A stretch of DNA of 61,443 nucleotides, counting the filler, from Sphacelaria rigidula (Eukaryota): assembly GCA_964200075.2 (NCBI GenBank). It is 9 parts of 9 records of this genome, joined end to end, with 100 filler letters (N's around TTAATTAATTAA, not from the genome) between each part and the next. Parts side by side here need not be neighbours in the genome. Positions count along the whole stretch, not along the records: positions 34,192 to 40,929 come from CAXNAA020018332.1; positions 41,030 to 47,767 come from CAXNAA020018333.1; 7 more parts are not named here. One strand, 5' to 3'. The translations under genes and the position numbers were made by a program. Shown here piece by piece: positions 34,950 to 47,247 of the stretch; position 1 is the stretch's first letter; each line of letters starts with the position of its first letter. The notes beneath the pieces were generated by a model. That model had not been told where the DNA came from. It saw only the letters and a program-made list of their open reading frames with translations, and made no database searches.

Positions 34950-37900
34950 TGCGGAGATGATGGGGAATCCTGCCACGTCCGCAATATATAGTTCGGTACG
35001 AGCTGGCTACACGTTCTTCCATCTCCTTCCTGCTCTCCTCAAAGATCCCGTTTAATCGCACGTATTCGGCTGGCCTCCTCCTCGTTCTGGTGCCAAGAGG
35101 TCATGAATCTCTCCAATCCCTGCAGCACCCCCGCGTGCCACGGTATCCCTCATTCCTCCTTCGCTGCTGAGGGCCAGAGGACAAATTAAACTCCGAACGT
35201 CTGTAATTTGTCGTCCGCAGAGCTGTTCGTGTCTCCGAAAGCTTGAAGATCGTCCCTCCGGCACTTCAGCCACTTTTGCTCCAGGCATCCTTGTCCTGAA
35301 TCCTCCGCCCCCACGAGTGTTCCGAATGCCAGTCGCTTCGGTGATCGTCTGTCCCGTTGTCTAGCCGGGGCTCCCGCGAACAGCAGTCGCCGTTGCCGGA
35401 CGATGGCCTCAGGACTTGGGCACCCGATCTTCTTGGGGACCTGGGCGTGCGATAACTGTGGATATATGGCACAAACGCGGCGGTACCCGGTAACTCGCAG
35501 GAGGAACCGGTAGTGTACCGTCCTCAGCAACCGGTGGAGCTCGCGGCGCGGGGCCCACGTCATGCATCCGTACAGTAGGGCTTCCATCGCCTCCCCCTTG
35601 AGCAGTCGGACCTCAAGTCTCCACGGTGTTTGCGGTCGGTCAAAGATCTCCCGAGGAAACGTTCTGTTGCACGCTCACGCTGCTCTGCTCCGGTTCTTGA
35701 TATTTTGTGTGACTCGCCATTTTCGTTGACGAGCCCGCCCAAGTATCGGAACTTCGTGGTTTGTGCGTGTTTCTTGCCCGATGCTCCAATGAGCAGCGGC
35801 GGGAGAGGTGGTGTTGGTGGCTCCCGCTACTATGGCGATTTTTCCAGTACTCGCACCAGTAGAGTCTCTGTCTTTCTTCTCCGACACCATCAGTCCAAAG
35901 ACCTCAATCATGCGTACTATAACGGTCATCACCCTCCCAAAGCCGTGAAGGGACCTCGAGACGGCGGCCGCGTCATCAGGGTATAATATTCCCCACACCG
36001 CTCTCCGTACGCGTTCCAGTGGTGTCCCCGTCCCCCTTCCCGTCTCCTCGTCGAGGTGTATCTTGAGGATGATGTCGTTCTCGCTGAATCGCACGAGAAT
36101 GATCTCGAGCGCCGCAGCGAAAAAAACATTGAACAGCGAGGGAGACAGCACAACTCTTTGTCGCAATCCCTGAGTTGCCTCGAACCACTCCTTGAGCTCT
36201 CCGTTGTTCCATGCGCACGCGGGCCTTCATGCCGTCGTGGAATCGGCGGATAACTGCTGGCATATCACCTGGAATACCACCTCGGGCCAGCACCCGCCAC
36301 AGAAGCTCTCGGTCGACCGAATATGGGCCTCTTGGAGGTCGACGAAGCACATGTAAAGCGGTATTCTCCGCCCGGCGCACTACGGACAGCATGTCGACGG
36401 TGGATCGTTCAGGTCGGAAGGCTCACTGTTCCTGCGGCAGTATTCCGTGGGCTTCGCAGTTGTCGCTGAGGCGGCTTGCCACTATCTTCAGAAGCACTCC
36501 CCTTGCATGCGAGACCATTGAGATCCCCGTGCAGTTGTTACAGTTGGAGCAGTCCGATCCATTGTAGAGCGCTTTTATCGCAGCGTATTTTCACTCCTGC
36601 GGGACCTCACCTCCGTTCGGCACCTCGACGAGGATGGCATGGAAGCGTTCGAGATCGATAGGCTCGGCGCGACCGTCGATCTTGAGTAGTTCTAAATGGC
36701 GGGAGTAGTGTCCCGGCGCTTTCCAGCTTTGCATCCCACGGACTGCTGGTACGGTGTCCTCCAGCGTTGGTGCTAACCCAAGCGGTATCGAATCTCCGGT
36801 GGGTGATGCTTCCAGTCGCTGCTTCACCTTTTCGAGGATGGCTGGGTGCAGTGTGGGCGATTTGGTGTTGAGAGGGGTTTTGAGAGGGGTTCGGAAAAAC
36901 TTCGCTCATCGCGTCAGGATCTCGATTTTGTTCCTCAGAAGAACCCCGTTCTCGTCCTTGATGAACTGCTGCCCCCCTGATTTCCTCCCGCCAAAAACCC
37001 ACCGATTTCTTGAGGTGTTTGTACAGGCCTCACACGTCGCGATTCTTGTAGATCGCTTCTAGCCTCGCCACATATAGTAGTTTTCATCTGAAAGGGGAGA
37101 TTTTTGTAATTTTTTCGTAGTCGGCGATTTTCAATGTTTTTTTCGCGTGCCACCGCTCATGCCAGCGAGCGGTCGATCCCAACATTTGGGAGTCAGGAAA
37201 TAGTGAGCATCCCCTCCACATCCGGAAACAAAAATCATCCCTGCGCTCAATGTTTAACTAGTTCCGAGCTGAAATGACAGGGGTGTTGTTGACCGTTCTT
37301 GGTCCAAAACACATTTTTTTTCGGCTCTAGCGCAATGGATAGGTGAAAATAAAATGAGGGTCCGTAAAATCATTCATGAGAGTGATCCGAGTTGGTTCAC
37401 TCCCGCGTGTTCTATGCAGAACTCGGTTGGGCAATTTTCGTTTTGGGGCGCTCCTCCTTAATTTCTCGTGTAGTATCCGTCCTTGGCGCTTAAAAGTCCT
37501 AGCGTCGATAGATATTGGGAGAAGTAGCAGGTCGTGCTCAAAACACAATCCTCAATTGGTGTTTTTGGGGTGACACGGAGTAAGTACCTTGTTTATCAGG
37601 GAGTGTTATCGGCTGTCACCGGTCCATAACACACAGTTTTTCGGCTCTAGCGCAATAAATATATGTAAATTTGAAAAGAAACCATTTTCATTTGTTCACA
37701 AAAACGCTTGGGGTTGCTTCGATCGAGCAAAGATATTCAAGGGACAGAAGAACCTGGGGTTGGGTAGTCTCAGGACCCCCCGAAAATCGGTCAGCCCGTA
37801 GGTCTTTCATTAATGAACGCAGATGTAATCTTATTTCGGAATGTGTAGAGGATGCCTAGTATCTCCTGATCACCAAACTTTGGGATCAAACGTTTACTGG

Positions 37901-38920
37901 GATGAGCGGTGGCACGCGAAATCACTTGCGAATATCCCCGACTACGGAGAAACTACGAGAGTCTCCTATTTCAGATGTAAGCTACTGTACCTCTCGAGGT
38001 GTGTGTGGACGCCATCTTCTATCGCAGTACGTACTGTCTTGAAACGCGGCTCTGAGTGCTTTCCACGTGGCTGGGGTTCGGTTGTCCTACATCAGTCGGC
38101 GTGCATCCCGTCGGTGGGTAAGCGCTGCCCTCTTTTGTCGCTCTCGTGTCGGGACCTCCACAACTGTCCCGGCATACGTGGTATCTGTGTCTCTGCCGGG
38201 AGTACTGTTGTCTGTGCTGCTTCCGGGATAGCTTCGGTGAACTCCTTCGCGGTCGCCGGTGTGGGTAGTGAGTGGCTGGTATGCTCAATCCCCGAGGTTG
38301 TGTAGGAACCTCTCGACCACATGCTGCCGTGCTAATTCGATTTGCAGCTGCTGTCTCCTGAATTGCCGCTGCTTCGATTTGGTTTGTACGGCACCGTTGT
38401 GGCCGAAGTGGCCACCGAGATCGACAGTGGCCACCACCATGTTGTGATCCAAGTCAGCCTTGGCCAAAGGTTCGGGTCAGGTGTACGACTACCTTGCGCA
38501 CTCTACCTCGATGTGCCTGCCGGGTTATTACGTAGTCTATGCGCTTGAAGTCACTCGCGCGGTGCCCTGCGACGCCGTTGTATGTCTGTATGTACCGCCT
38601 TCACGCCTGCTGAAGAAGGTGTTCGTGATGGCTGGTTTTGTTCTCAGCTGCGATAGTCAACAGTAGGTAGTCGTCATCATTCAGCTCATCACGCCCATGG
38701 GCGCCTAGGTTCCCTTCGGCCTGTAGGCTTCTCTCCTAGTCTGTTCCTCGTTCCCGCGTTAGCGTTCATCAACACACGCACACATGCCTTCGACGGGATC
38801 CGCCGTACGAGATCTGCCAAGACCACACCGTAACGCTTGTTTGGTTTCGTTTTTGGCGACGACTTCCGTTGGTGGATACGCAGCTGTGAAATTGATCGCC
38901 CCGCTTTGCCCCTAGATTTC
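34950..38920 (-). mobile_element. Decayed RTE-clade LINE (APE endonuclease + reverse transcriptase)
   Basis: Frameshifted motifs DHNMVVATV, EQ*AFRPERSTVDML, RQRVVLSPSLFNVFF, WGILYPDDA (degenerate YADD), FRYLGG, EALLYGCMTW. Confidence 0.92.
37075..37987. mobile_element. 913-bp non-autonomous Tc1/mariner-type element inserted in the LINE
   Basis: Imperfect TIRs (C/T)AGTAGYTTWCATCTGAAA; TA at 37073-37074 and 37988-37989; removing it restores LINE peptide HLERYVARLEAIYKNRDV. Confidence 0.85.
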
Positions 38921-38934
38921 AAACCGCCTTGTAT

Positions 38935-39260
38935 GCGACTGTCGCCGTTAGGGTGGAGAGAACGAGGGTTGGATTCCTGATGCGTTGGTTTTTTTCTTCG
39001 TAGTATATGTTTTCCACCGTGGAAAGCGTGAGAACGTGAGTAAACAAAGTAGTAGTTGGCTGAGTTGTCTGACGTGAGTTGACGCTGTGCGGGGGGTGAT
39101 GACAGTCATGATCCAATCCGCGAGACCAAAATGTCAGGCGTGTACCGGGGAGAGATGGGTTGATCCTTTGAGACCACGGGCTCGTCCCGAGGAAGGGAAG
39201 GGGTTCAAAGTGCGACGAATAAAATAATAATAAATGATAAATAAAATGATAAAATAATAT
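38935..39260 (+). mobile_element. tRNA-derived SINE with AT-rich tail
   Basis: Degenerate B box GGTTGGATTCC; ends GGTTCAAAGTGCGAC then AAT-rich tail; second copy at 45735-46050 (-). Confidence 0.75.
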
Positions 39261-40324
39261 TCCATGAAGCGGTCGTCGATGCATTCAGTGGTATAGGTGG
39301 CGTTGTTTCAAATCGACTCTTTGAAGGCTAGCCCCACACCAAGTTGCCCGCCTGATTCACAAGCTCAGCAGAAGACTCTAAACCCTGCTGCGGTACAGTC
39401 TGTTCGTTTTGCCCTCCGTGTCTCCTGCGGTTTTTTCACCGAGATGTTTAGTCTCGCAACCTCATACAAGACGCTGTAGTCTTGCCCCCATCCGCGTTCT
39501 CGTTTCACAGCGAAAGTTTTGACGTGTTGAGTGGCTACCTCAACAAGTTGACTTCGCTGCCTCACACCGGGCTATTCGTGCTACCTCCCTATCAGCAAGC
39601 GCACGCGTAGCCCGGCCCCTCGTCGTCTTCTCCCTTCTCTTTTGTATTGTTTTTTCTTATGATCGGGCTGTGGACTTTCCGGTTGTGTTTGTTTGCCCCG
39701 TGTTCGTCTTTTCCAACAGGCGGGTGCAACTTTCCTGCTTCGTCCGCCCGGCTCTACTCCTTCCTCGCTTCTGATGTGCGTACCTACTCAGTGTACAGCC
39801 CCTCCATTTCTTTCTAGGCTGTCCCCACTGCGGTCTCCGCTGCCGCATAGCCCCGGGGTCCAGGCCGGGGCTCCAGGATTTAACCCCATGCTGCCGCCAA
39901 AGTTGTTTCGAAACGAAGCACACGCCAACCTCGCGATCGTGGTGCCTCTTAACTTCCAACTCAGGCTCGCCGTGGATACGAGGCTCGGGTTCGTGTCTCC
40001 GCCGTTGCTGTCGAGTGGTCTTTGTGTGGTATAAGATCCCTGGCGGACTCCTGCCCACTCCAGTACGGGCAGTCGACGGGGGGGTGGTATCTCCCGACAG
40101 TTTAGTTCAATACGAGCTACGTTGATTCTCGTACCCATCGTACCTCCCATCGGCCAAACTCAGGATCCATGTCGACGCGAGGCTCGGGCCTGTGTTTCTT
40201 ACCTCTTTCCCACTCCATCATCGTGGGTTAGAATATCTTCACGTGAGTTGAGATCGCTGGCAGTCCTCGGCCCGCCCCAGCAGGGGCGGGCCAGGGGGGC
40301 CAGGTCTCTGCAGAGAAGAGTAAT

Positions 40325-40807
40325 GTTAGTCGGTACGCAGTGCTGTTTACACACTGTTGAAAACTTCAAGGTGTGTTGGTTGTGTCGTCTTCCGTCAGAC
40401 GATCAAGGCGCTTCCCGCACCCATCATTTTTATGCTGTCGTCGTCGCTGTGCTGTTGTGCATTTGAAAACTCAACGTACGCGGTGTGATGTGGGTTGGAG
40501 AGTGCCTGAAGTGCTATACGTACTGCTGCCGTGTTTCGGTCTGTACAGAATTGGGGTGGGACCAAAGTGCTGTCTATACAAAGCTGAAAAAATCAGGTGA
40601 TGACTGTGCAGCTGTTTGTTGTGTCTTCTTTGGTACTCAAGTTGTACTCGGGTGCTGTGATCGGGGAAGACGCGCAAGGCGGGTGCGTGTAGGTGCAGGT
40701 TGGGGCAAATATACTGCGCCAGCATGGACTGCTGTATCCTCAGCGATTGGTGGTCGCAGCTGTCTGTCTCGCAGCGGCGCAACGTGCGGGCCAATCAAAG
40801 CTATTTT
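40325..40807 (-). repeat. Reverse copy of the dispersed element at 8860-9635
   Basis: Colinear reverse-complement match, also seen as the similar spurious ORFs at 8875 and 40471. Confidence 0.8.
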
Positions 40808-41029
40808 GTAACTCAAATGCATATCGTAGCTCTCATGTGATGAGTGTCCCCCCCACACATCTTCCCCTAACGGACCCGAAAACCAAATACACCCGCACAA
40901 CACCATAGTAGACCCCACTTGAAAAATACNNNNNNNNNNNNNNNNNNNNNNNNNNNNNNNNNNNNNNNNNNNNTTAATTAATTAANNNNNNNNNNNNNNN
41001 NNNNNNNNNNNNNNNNNNNNNNNNNNNNN

Positions 41030-41225
41030 TGTGACCACGGGTTCGAGAGATCGAGCTAATGTGATGGATATAATAATAGTAATAGTACTAATACTAATAC
41101 TAATACTGATAATAATGATAATAATGATAATAATAATAATAATAATGATGATGATAATAATAACAATAATGATAATGATATTAATAAAAATAATAATAAT
41201 GATGATGATGATGATGATGATGATG

Positions 41226-41279
<54 letters not shown>

Positions 41280-41310
41280 GTAATAATACAAATGATAATA
41301 ATAATAATGA
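41030..41310 (+). repeat. Retroposon 3' end plus (AAT/GAT)n tail
   Basis: GACCACGGGTTCGAGAGATCGAGCTAATGTG followed by microsatellite. Confidence 0.8.
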
Positions 41311-42523
41311 CATACTTACTCGTTAGTTGGGTCAGTGTCTAGGCTAGATGTACTGCAAGTTACGTGGTCTGGTAGCTTCGCATCAGTATCCTGTTGTGAC
41401 CATGTCGGAGCGGTTCTGCGCCGGGAATTCACAATTTGTTTCTGAGGCTCTGCACTCCGGAGCTTTTCGATGATGAAAATCTGGGCTTTAGCGTGCAACC
41501 TCAGATGTCTTTTAGACCAAATAGTGCACACCTACTGCACAATCACTGGTCGTCACAGTACCTGCCCCAGATTCCGAGTTTTGTCGTATGTTGTCTAAAA
41601 AGAAAGGTCAGAGGTATACAGCAGGATGGTTACGCAATTCAGGATCTCGTTGAACTGCCACAAGTTGTACCGCCAAATTTGTTATAGAGCGGCAAATGAA
41701 ATACAAGGATACAGACTGCGTTGCCTTAAATTTCAGCACACCCAAGCATTCATTTTGTCATGTATCTGCCATATTCATGTCTGATATGTAGTGTATAGTA
41801 TCACGAAAGATTCATTGGCTCTCTTTCATTCATTGATGCAACATCCATGCGCTCGCTCATTCACTAGACTGTACCCATGTACATATACATGACCCAACTC
41901 GTATCCCCCTCTTCATTGCGAGCAATGCCATGATAGGGGGTGCACTTTGTTTTTCTCAAGCCCTTTGTTGTGAAAGACTCTCGATGACAAGTATCTGTGC
42001 CTTAGTGTGCGACTTCAGACAAGTTTGGGCCCCAAATTGGCATCAATGGCTGTGTTATCACTCTCGTTCATTCACTCGATCGCGCGTGTTCATATTAAGT
42101 ACGTATCCTACCCATTATGTTCGCGCATGAGTAACTTTTGTTCATTTTCTACTGTGATCAATCTCTGTGAATTCCATGTAGTATATCCGCGTCGTTCTGT
42201 TTCGTTGCTCTATTCATTCCGTCGCATGTGCATCCACTGGGAATTTCGTTGGCTTATCTACACAATATTCGATCGCTGATCATTTCGTAAGTGCGCCGTT
42301 GACTGCTGCCGAGATGCCCCCCCCCCCGAACCAACCAAAAACGTGCACGGAGGCGATGGTCATAAATGCCGTTTGAGTTGGTTCGTGCTGCACGACGCGA
42401 CTCATTTGGGCGTTATAGCTGAATTCGGACTGCTACACGCCTCTCGTGTTGGAGAAATTGCTGCAAACGAGCGCAAAAGTGGAATCACAGCCGGTTTGTC
42501 GGACGGTATCCGGTGCACGTTTT

Positions 42524-42795
42524 GAGTCATCCTACGATAGGGTGTACTCATGATCATGCATGCCATAGTTGTAAGACGATAGGGGGGGGGTATTTGGTTG
42601 CACGAAAAAAGAGGCTCATAAGTGTGTCAGACATCCTTCCACGCTATTTGGTGCCAAACGGTGTCAGGCAGTATGGATGAGCGTTATTGATCCACAACAA
42701 GCTTGTTCGAACAACCGTTGCTGCTTTCAACGCTGACTCGAAATTTTGAGCAACAAATGGCCCAAAATACCCCCCCCCCCATCGTAGGATGACTC
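42524..42795. mobile_element. 272-bp MITE with GAG...CTC ends and 4-bp TSD (Sola-like)
   Basis: Perfect TIR GAGTCATCCTACGAT; TTTT on both sides; truncated copy at 61372-61443. Confidence 0.8.
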
Positions 42796-44613
42796 TTTTG
42801 TGGGGGTGCTATCTCGGCATCAGTCCGTTGCGTAATCTAGCTCGCTGTAAAGCTACTTATGCAACATCGAGCGATCAGCGACATTGACACATCTATAACA
42901 TTGACTACTGTGTTTGCTCTGACGGACTACCGGCTGTCTCTGTCGCTGCAGAGGCCGCTCCTTTCGAGTGCTTGTTGTCAAAATGACCAAAACTGGTTTA
43001 GCGACGTCATGATTTACGCCGCATCCTAAGAAATTACATTTTTTTAATGAGGACGAAGTCGTGTTCCCCATCGATCGAAGTTGCCTTCACAGCAATCATT
43101 TTCGCTTTCTTACTCCTGGGGTGATCGCATGGAGATCCTTCCTTCACCATTTAGGATCCAATGTCGTCGAAAACGTGCGTAAAGTCCGATTAAGTAGTAG
43201 CATCTGCCTGACAGAGGTAATCACTTCGCACAGTGGTGCAAAAACCCACCGTACCGGTGTGATGGTAAATGAGTGAGTGCCTGAATTAAACTAGTTCTTT
43301 GGGATGTGCAGATGGTCCCCAGAAATGACCGGCGGATATGAAAAGATTATAGTCGAATGTGTGCCTTCCCTATAAAGTAAATATGTAAGTAGTGTGTTTT
43401 TGGATCCGTTTTGAGGAATCTCCAGACTGGTCTGTGCATTCCGGCCGTGCAACTACGCACGTTTCTCCGGGCGCTTTGATTGGCCACAGCATGGCACGTC
43501 ACGCTGATTTTGTAGTTGGATTGCTCGTATCAGATTGGCTGTATGGGGCACGCGCCCGCCCAAGGCACGCGCCGTCATGAGTTGATATTATGGCAAATTG
43601 TAAGCGAGGCAGGAGGAAGAAACAGCGGATCATAGCCGCTGCTCCCCACTTCCTCCCACTTGCGACCCACCTGCCAGAGGAAGGCTTACCGTAGAACTAA
43701 TCACAAGAAGGACCATCAGCTTTTCATCTGCTCTGCGCGGCGTCTCACCTTCTGACCTGCAAGCCGTGAGAAGCTACCGCGAGTGAATCACGTTTAACAT
43801 AATCCTTTTGTACCTTTTGGTTTTTCCTTTATTGAAAGAGCTCGGTGTTTACACACCATAACATCGGCAACTGCAAACGTGTGTCGCGTGCGAGAGAACC
43901 TTGCTGCTTGAGTTAACGAGCCGAATACAGGACCAGCAGGTCACACTCATATATCCTGGGGTGCGGCCTGCTCTGCTACGGAATACCGTAGCATTGGAGT
44001 CCTGCAAAGTGCACCCCTACGGTGTGCATTTGCCTGATTTGAGTCCGGAATCCCTTCTCATACGCACACGTGAGGTGTGATAGACGAGGTTCTATCAGTC
44101 ACTATGAATCGGTAGGTTTTATCGACCTTCGAACAGGCCTAGCCTTATTGACGAGAAAGTTGTATTGGTCGTTGGAGGGTTGAACCCCGCATATCGAAAC
44201 TACGTTTATGAATGCGACGCGATGATGTTTTTATTTGGCGGACTCGTTGCACTTTTCCCGTCAAATCCGCAGAATAATCATTTGTGTCCCAGTTCGCGTG
44301 CTCACTGCGAATATCTCTTCATACTTTTATTATTACGAGTTTCCCCCAAAGCGTTCGCGTGATCGCCCACACTCTCTTTTTTCTTACCGAAATCTCCGAC
44401 TATCGTGTGCTTTGAGAGCAGCGGTTCAGTTTATGTTGTTCACACGAGATTTCTCCTGCTACAAGGCTTGTGGCAGGTGCACTATTTCCCCAACTAACAT
44501 GCACGTGTTCCTCAATCCATATTCGGCCAGGATGCCTTCATGCCTGGTGATCCTCCCGTGATCAAACCCGATGAGCAGCTAAGTGTGTGTATCACACACC
44601 CTCAGGACCAACC

Positions 44614-44654
<41 letters not shown>

Positions 44655-45734
44655 CGCCCCACACACAGGGGCAACGGAATATGTCTGCTTGTAGATACAC
44701 TCGTGAGCAACTACCCCAACGTAAAGTCTCAACCTTAGCCTCGCCCTACCGCATAGGGTTCGCAATGCGCCTACGTCATATATCTAATACGAACATATGA
44801 ACGCAAGAATAGGATGCAATACCGACAATGCTCGTTGGTTGTGCCCTCTGCCGCTATATCCATCTGCGAGCATACGAATAACCCTTCTCTCTAGTGTGGC
44901 ACTGCCTGGCGCATGGTACTCTATGGAGCTAAAATAGAACAGCCTTCAGCCCAACGAAGGCTGGAAGCCTAAATGAGTGAAGGAAAAATACCCCCTCGTC
45001 AGTAACGGAAGTCATTCCGACAACACCTGCATGGGCAATGGTTGATTGTGAACTGTAAACCGATCCCCGAGGGATCCAGTCGTATTCACGAGATAGACGT
45101 AGCCAAGGTAACTAAAACGCAAACACGCACCAAAGAAACTCGGCGAGGGAAAATACTATTATTGCGTGAACTATCACCGACAAGCTCAATAAGGACGAGC
45201 CACGGCCAACACCACTATACCGCATTACCCTAAAACAAAAAACAACCCGCGACTGTAACATACGCCTTTCATGATCATGCCTGTCGATACAGCAGTCCCG
45301 TTTCATCGAGAGGTTGCCAAAGCCTTCCCTTCACAACACCTGTACACAAAACTATATAGCAGCGAAATGAAAGCCAAACCCGCAAGCCTCACGTTCTCCG
45401 TGCAACAGCTATGTCGTCACTTCTCGTAAAAAAACACAGAACTAACCGCTCTTGGCCTCACGTGAGCCCAACTGGGGACTTGGTCCCAACCACATGTCTT
45501 GCACTCCTCTCGGACACATCGTCGTTCACACTGTTTAAAATCATGCACATGCAGTCCGGCAAAATCAGTCATCATTCTGTAGTACCGATGAGCCAGGGGA
45601 AATCACATTCAAAATTTCATTTGCAAGCCTTCTGCAGGAACGCCCTCTTCCGCACAGACACACGATTCATTGTCCCCAGCACGTCCGCCTTGAGACACTC
45701 ACTGGACAGAACGTTCATGCAATCATTATTGTAT

Positions 45735-46050
45735 TACTTATTCGAACATTTTTTTGTCGCACTTTGAACCCTCCCCCTTCCTCGGGACGAGTCCGTCGCC
45801 TCAAGGGAATAACCCATCTCTCCCCGGTACACGCCTTGCCTTTTGGTCTGTTGGATTGGATCAGTACTCCTCCTGCACTGCATCAACTCTCCTCAAACAA
45901 ACTTTATCAATTAATTCCTATATGCTCGTGTACTCATACTTCTGACGGTGGAAATCAAATACATGGAAGAAAAAGAAACCCGACGAATCGGGAATCGAAC
46001 CCACATTCTCTCGACCCTGATGATGACAGTCAGACCATCACACCCCCGGG
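45735..46050 (-). mobile_element. tRNA-derived SINE (same family as 38935-39260)
   Basis: Minus-strand B box GGTTCGATTCC; shared body GGCGTGTACCGGGGAGAGATGGGTT...CTCGTCCCGAGGAAGGG...TTCAAAGTGCGAC. Confidence 0.8.
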
Positions 46051-46476
46051 GCGCGGCGGTGCTTGAAAAACGACCAACCACGTGCCGGCGGTGGGATTGA
46101 CATACCAACAACCACATGGCGTGGATTTCGTGGGATTAAACCCCGACAAATGTGGCCAATATATACAGAAACTGGGTCGTCACGTCGTCGAGAGGTTAAG
46201 GGCCTGAGCATCAAGCCCGATTGATGAACGCTGACGAGCTGCGGTAGTGCCATCTCGATGCTCGGTAAGAATTTGGCAACCGTGTACCGAGTGTACCAGG
46301 AAAGAGGGGGACGTTAATCCGTCGAGTCTGCAGACTCGTCCATAAGGGGAAGGGGGACTTAGAGTCGAACATGAACACGAAAAAGTCAAGTTTACCAGCA
46401 ACCACTTGCTCATCGAAGTCATGTTTTACAAATCTTATGGACCACAACAACTGACCTTTGCAACACCATTCACACT

Positions 46477-47050
46477 GATTGATTGATTGATTGATTACTT
46501 TCGTACATCCACTGACTCTCGGCAAATGTAGCAGTGGTCACAAGATGGGCGTATCCAAGATATAAATGTAAAAGGCAAGGAAGCCGGGAGGGAGAAAAGA
46601 AGGAACCTCAAGACAAGAACAAATAAATGTACAGGGAACAAAGCTAGTGAACAACACCAGAGTGTCACGCTAGAGGAAGGAGTCACGAACTGATGGCATG
46701 TAGCGGGAGCATCAGATGCCGTGTTACCCCCCCCCCCCCCCCCCCGGCGCGCCGCCGGCCACCCGGGGGCGAAAAACACCAAAAAAAAGCGACCGCCCGC
46801 CCCCCCCCCCNNNNNNNNNNGAAGGAGGCACGAACTGGTGGGCTGTAGGGGGGGCATCCGAGGCCGTGTTCCCCCCCCCCCCCCCCCGTTCGTGGTCAAT
46901 GGTCAAACGACTAAGACAAGCAACAAATGAGTACGCCCCCCTTCCCCCCCGTCCCCCCCCGGGCGCTTCCTCACCCCCTACTAAGGTCTTTTTGTGCCTA
47001 TAAAAAACATATAAGCAAGCGTCAATTACTTTAGTACAGTCGCCACAAAA
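46477..47050 (-). mobile_element. Retroposon 3'-end fragments with (CAAT)n tail, spanning a 10-N gap
   Basis: (GATT)n at 46477-46496; block CGTGGTCAATGGTC.AACGACTAAG.CAAGCA.CAAATGAGTACGCCCC shared with 54870-54922. Confidence 0.55.
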
Positions 47051-47058
47051 CATGATGT

Positions 47059-47247
47059 CTAAAATACGAATGAATACTCCTCAGTGTCGAACAGCTCCCA
47101 GTCGACCGCGCGTGACTCAGTGAGGACGGAGTCGACAAGCGCCTGAGGCCCGCTAGTGAGGACCTTCACGACAGACAAACCCTTCTTGTGGGCGAGCGCA
47201 GCCTCCTGGCTGAACAGGGCTTTAGCGGGCACACGGCCGCGAGATAC
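47059..47247 (-). CDS. Terminal exon of a ferric reductase / NADPH oxidase-like protein (NAD(P)H-binding C-terminus)
   Basis: TTCCAG|GTA; VSRGRVPAKALFSQE...VKVLTSGPQALVDSV...LFDTEEYSFVF* resembles the GRP...V..CGP..L...V...ExF terminus of the FRO/NOX family. Confidence 0.7.
   Translation of the reverse strand, partial: VSRGRVPAKALFSQEAALAHKKGLSVVKVLTSGPQALVDSVLTESRAVDWELFDTEEYSFVF

Noticed and set aside
43392..43863. Possible solo or 5' LTR (TG...AACA with ATTGG boxes)
   Set aside because: No second LTR, TSD, clear PBS or gag sequence could be established.
46690..46990. Apparent duplication and G/C homopolymer ORFs around the 10-N gap (also 48290-48545)
   Set aside because: The same sequence recurs on both sides of scaffold gaps with homopolymer noise, typical of low-quality read ends.
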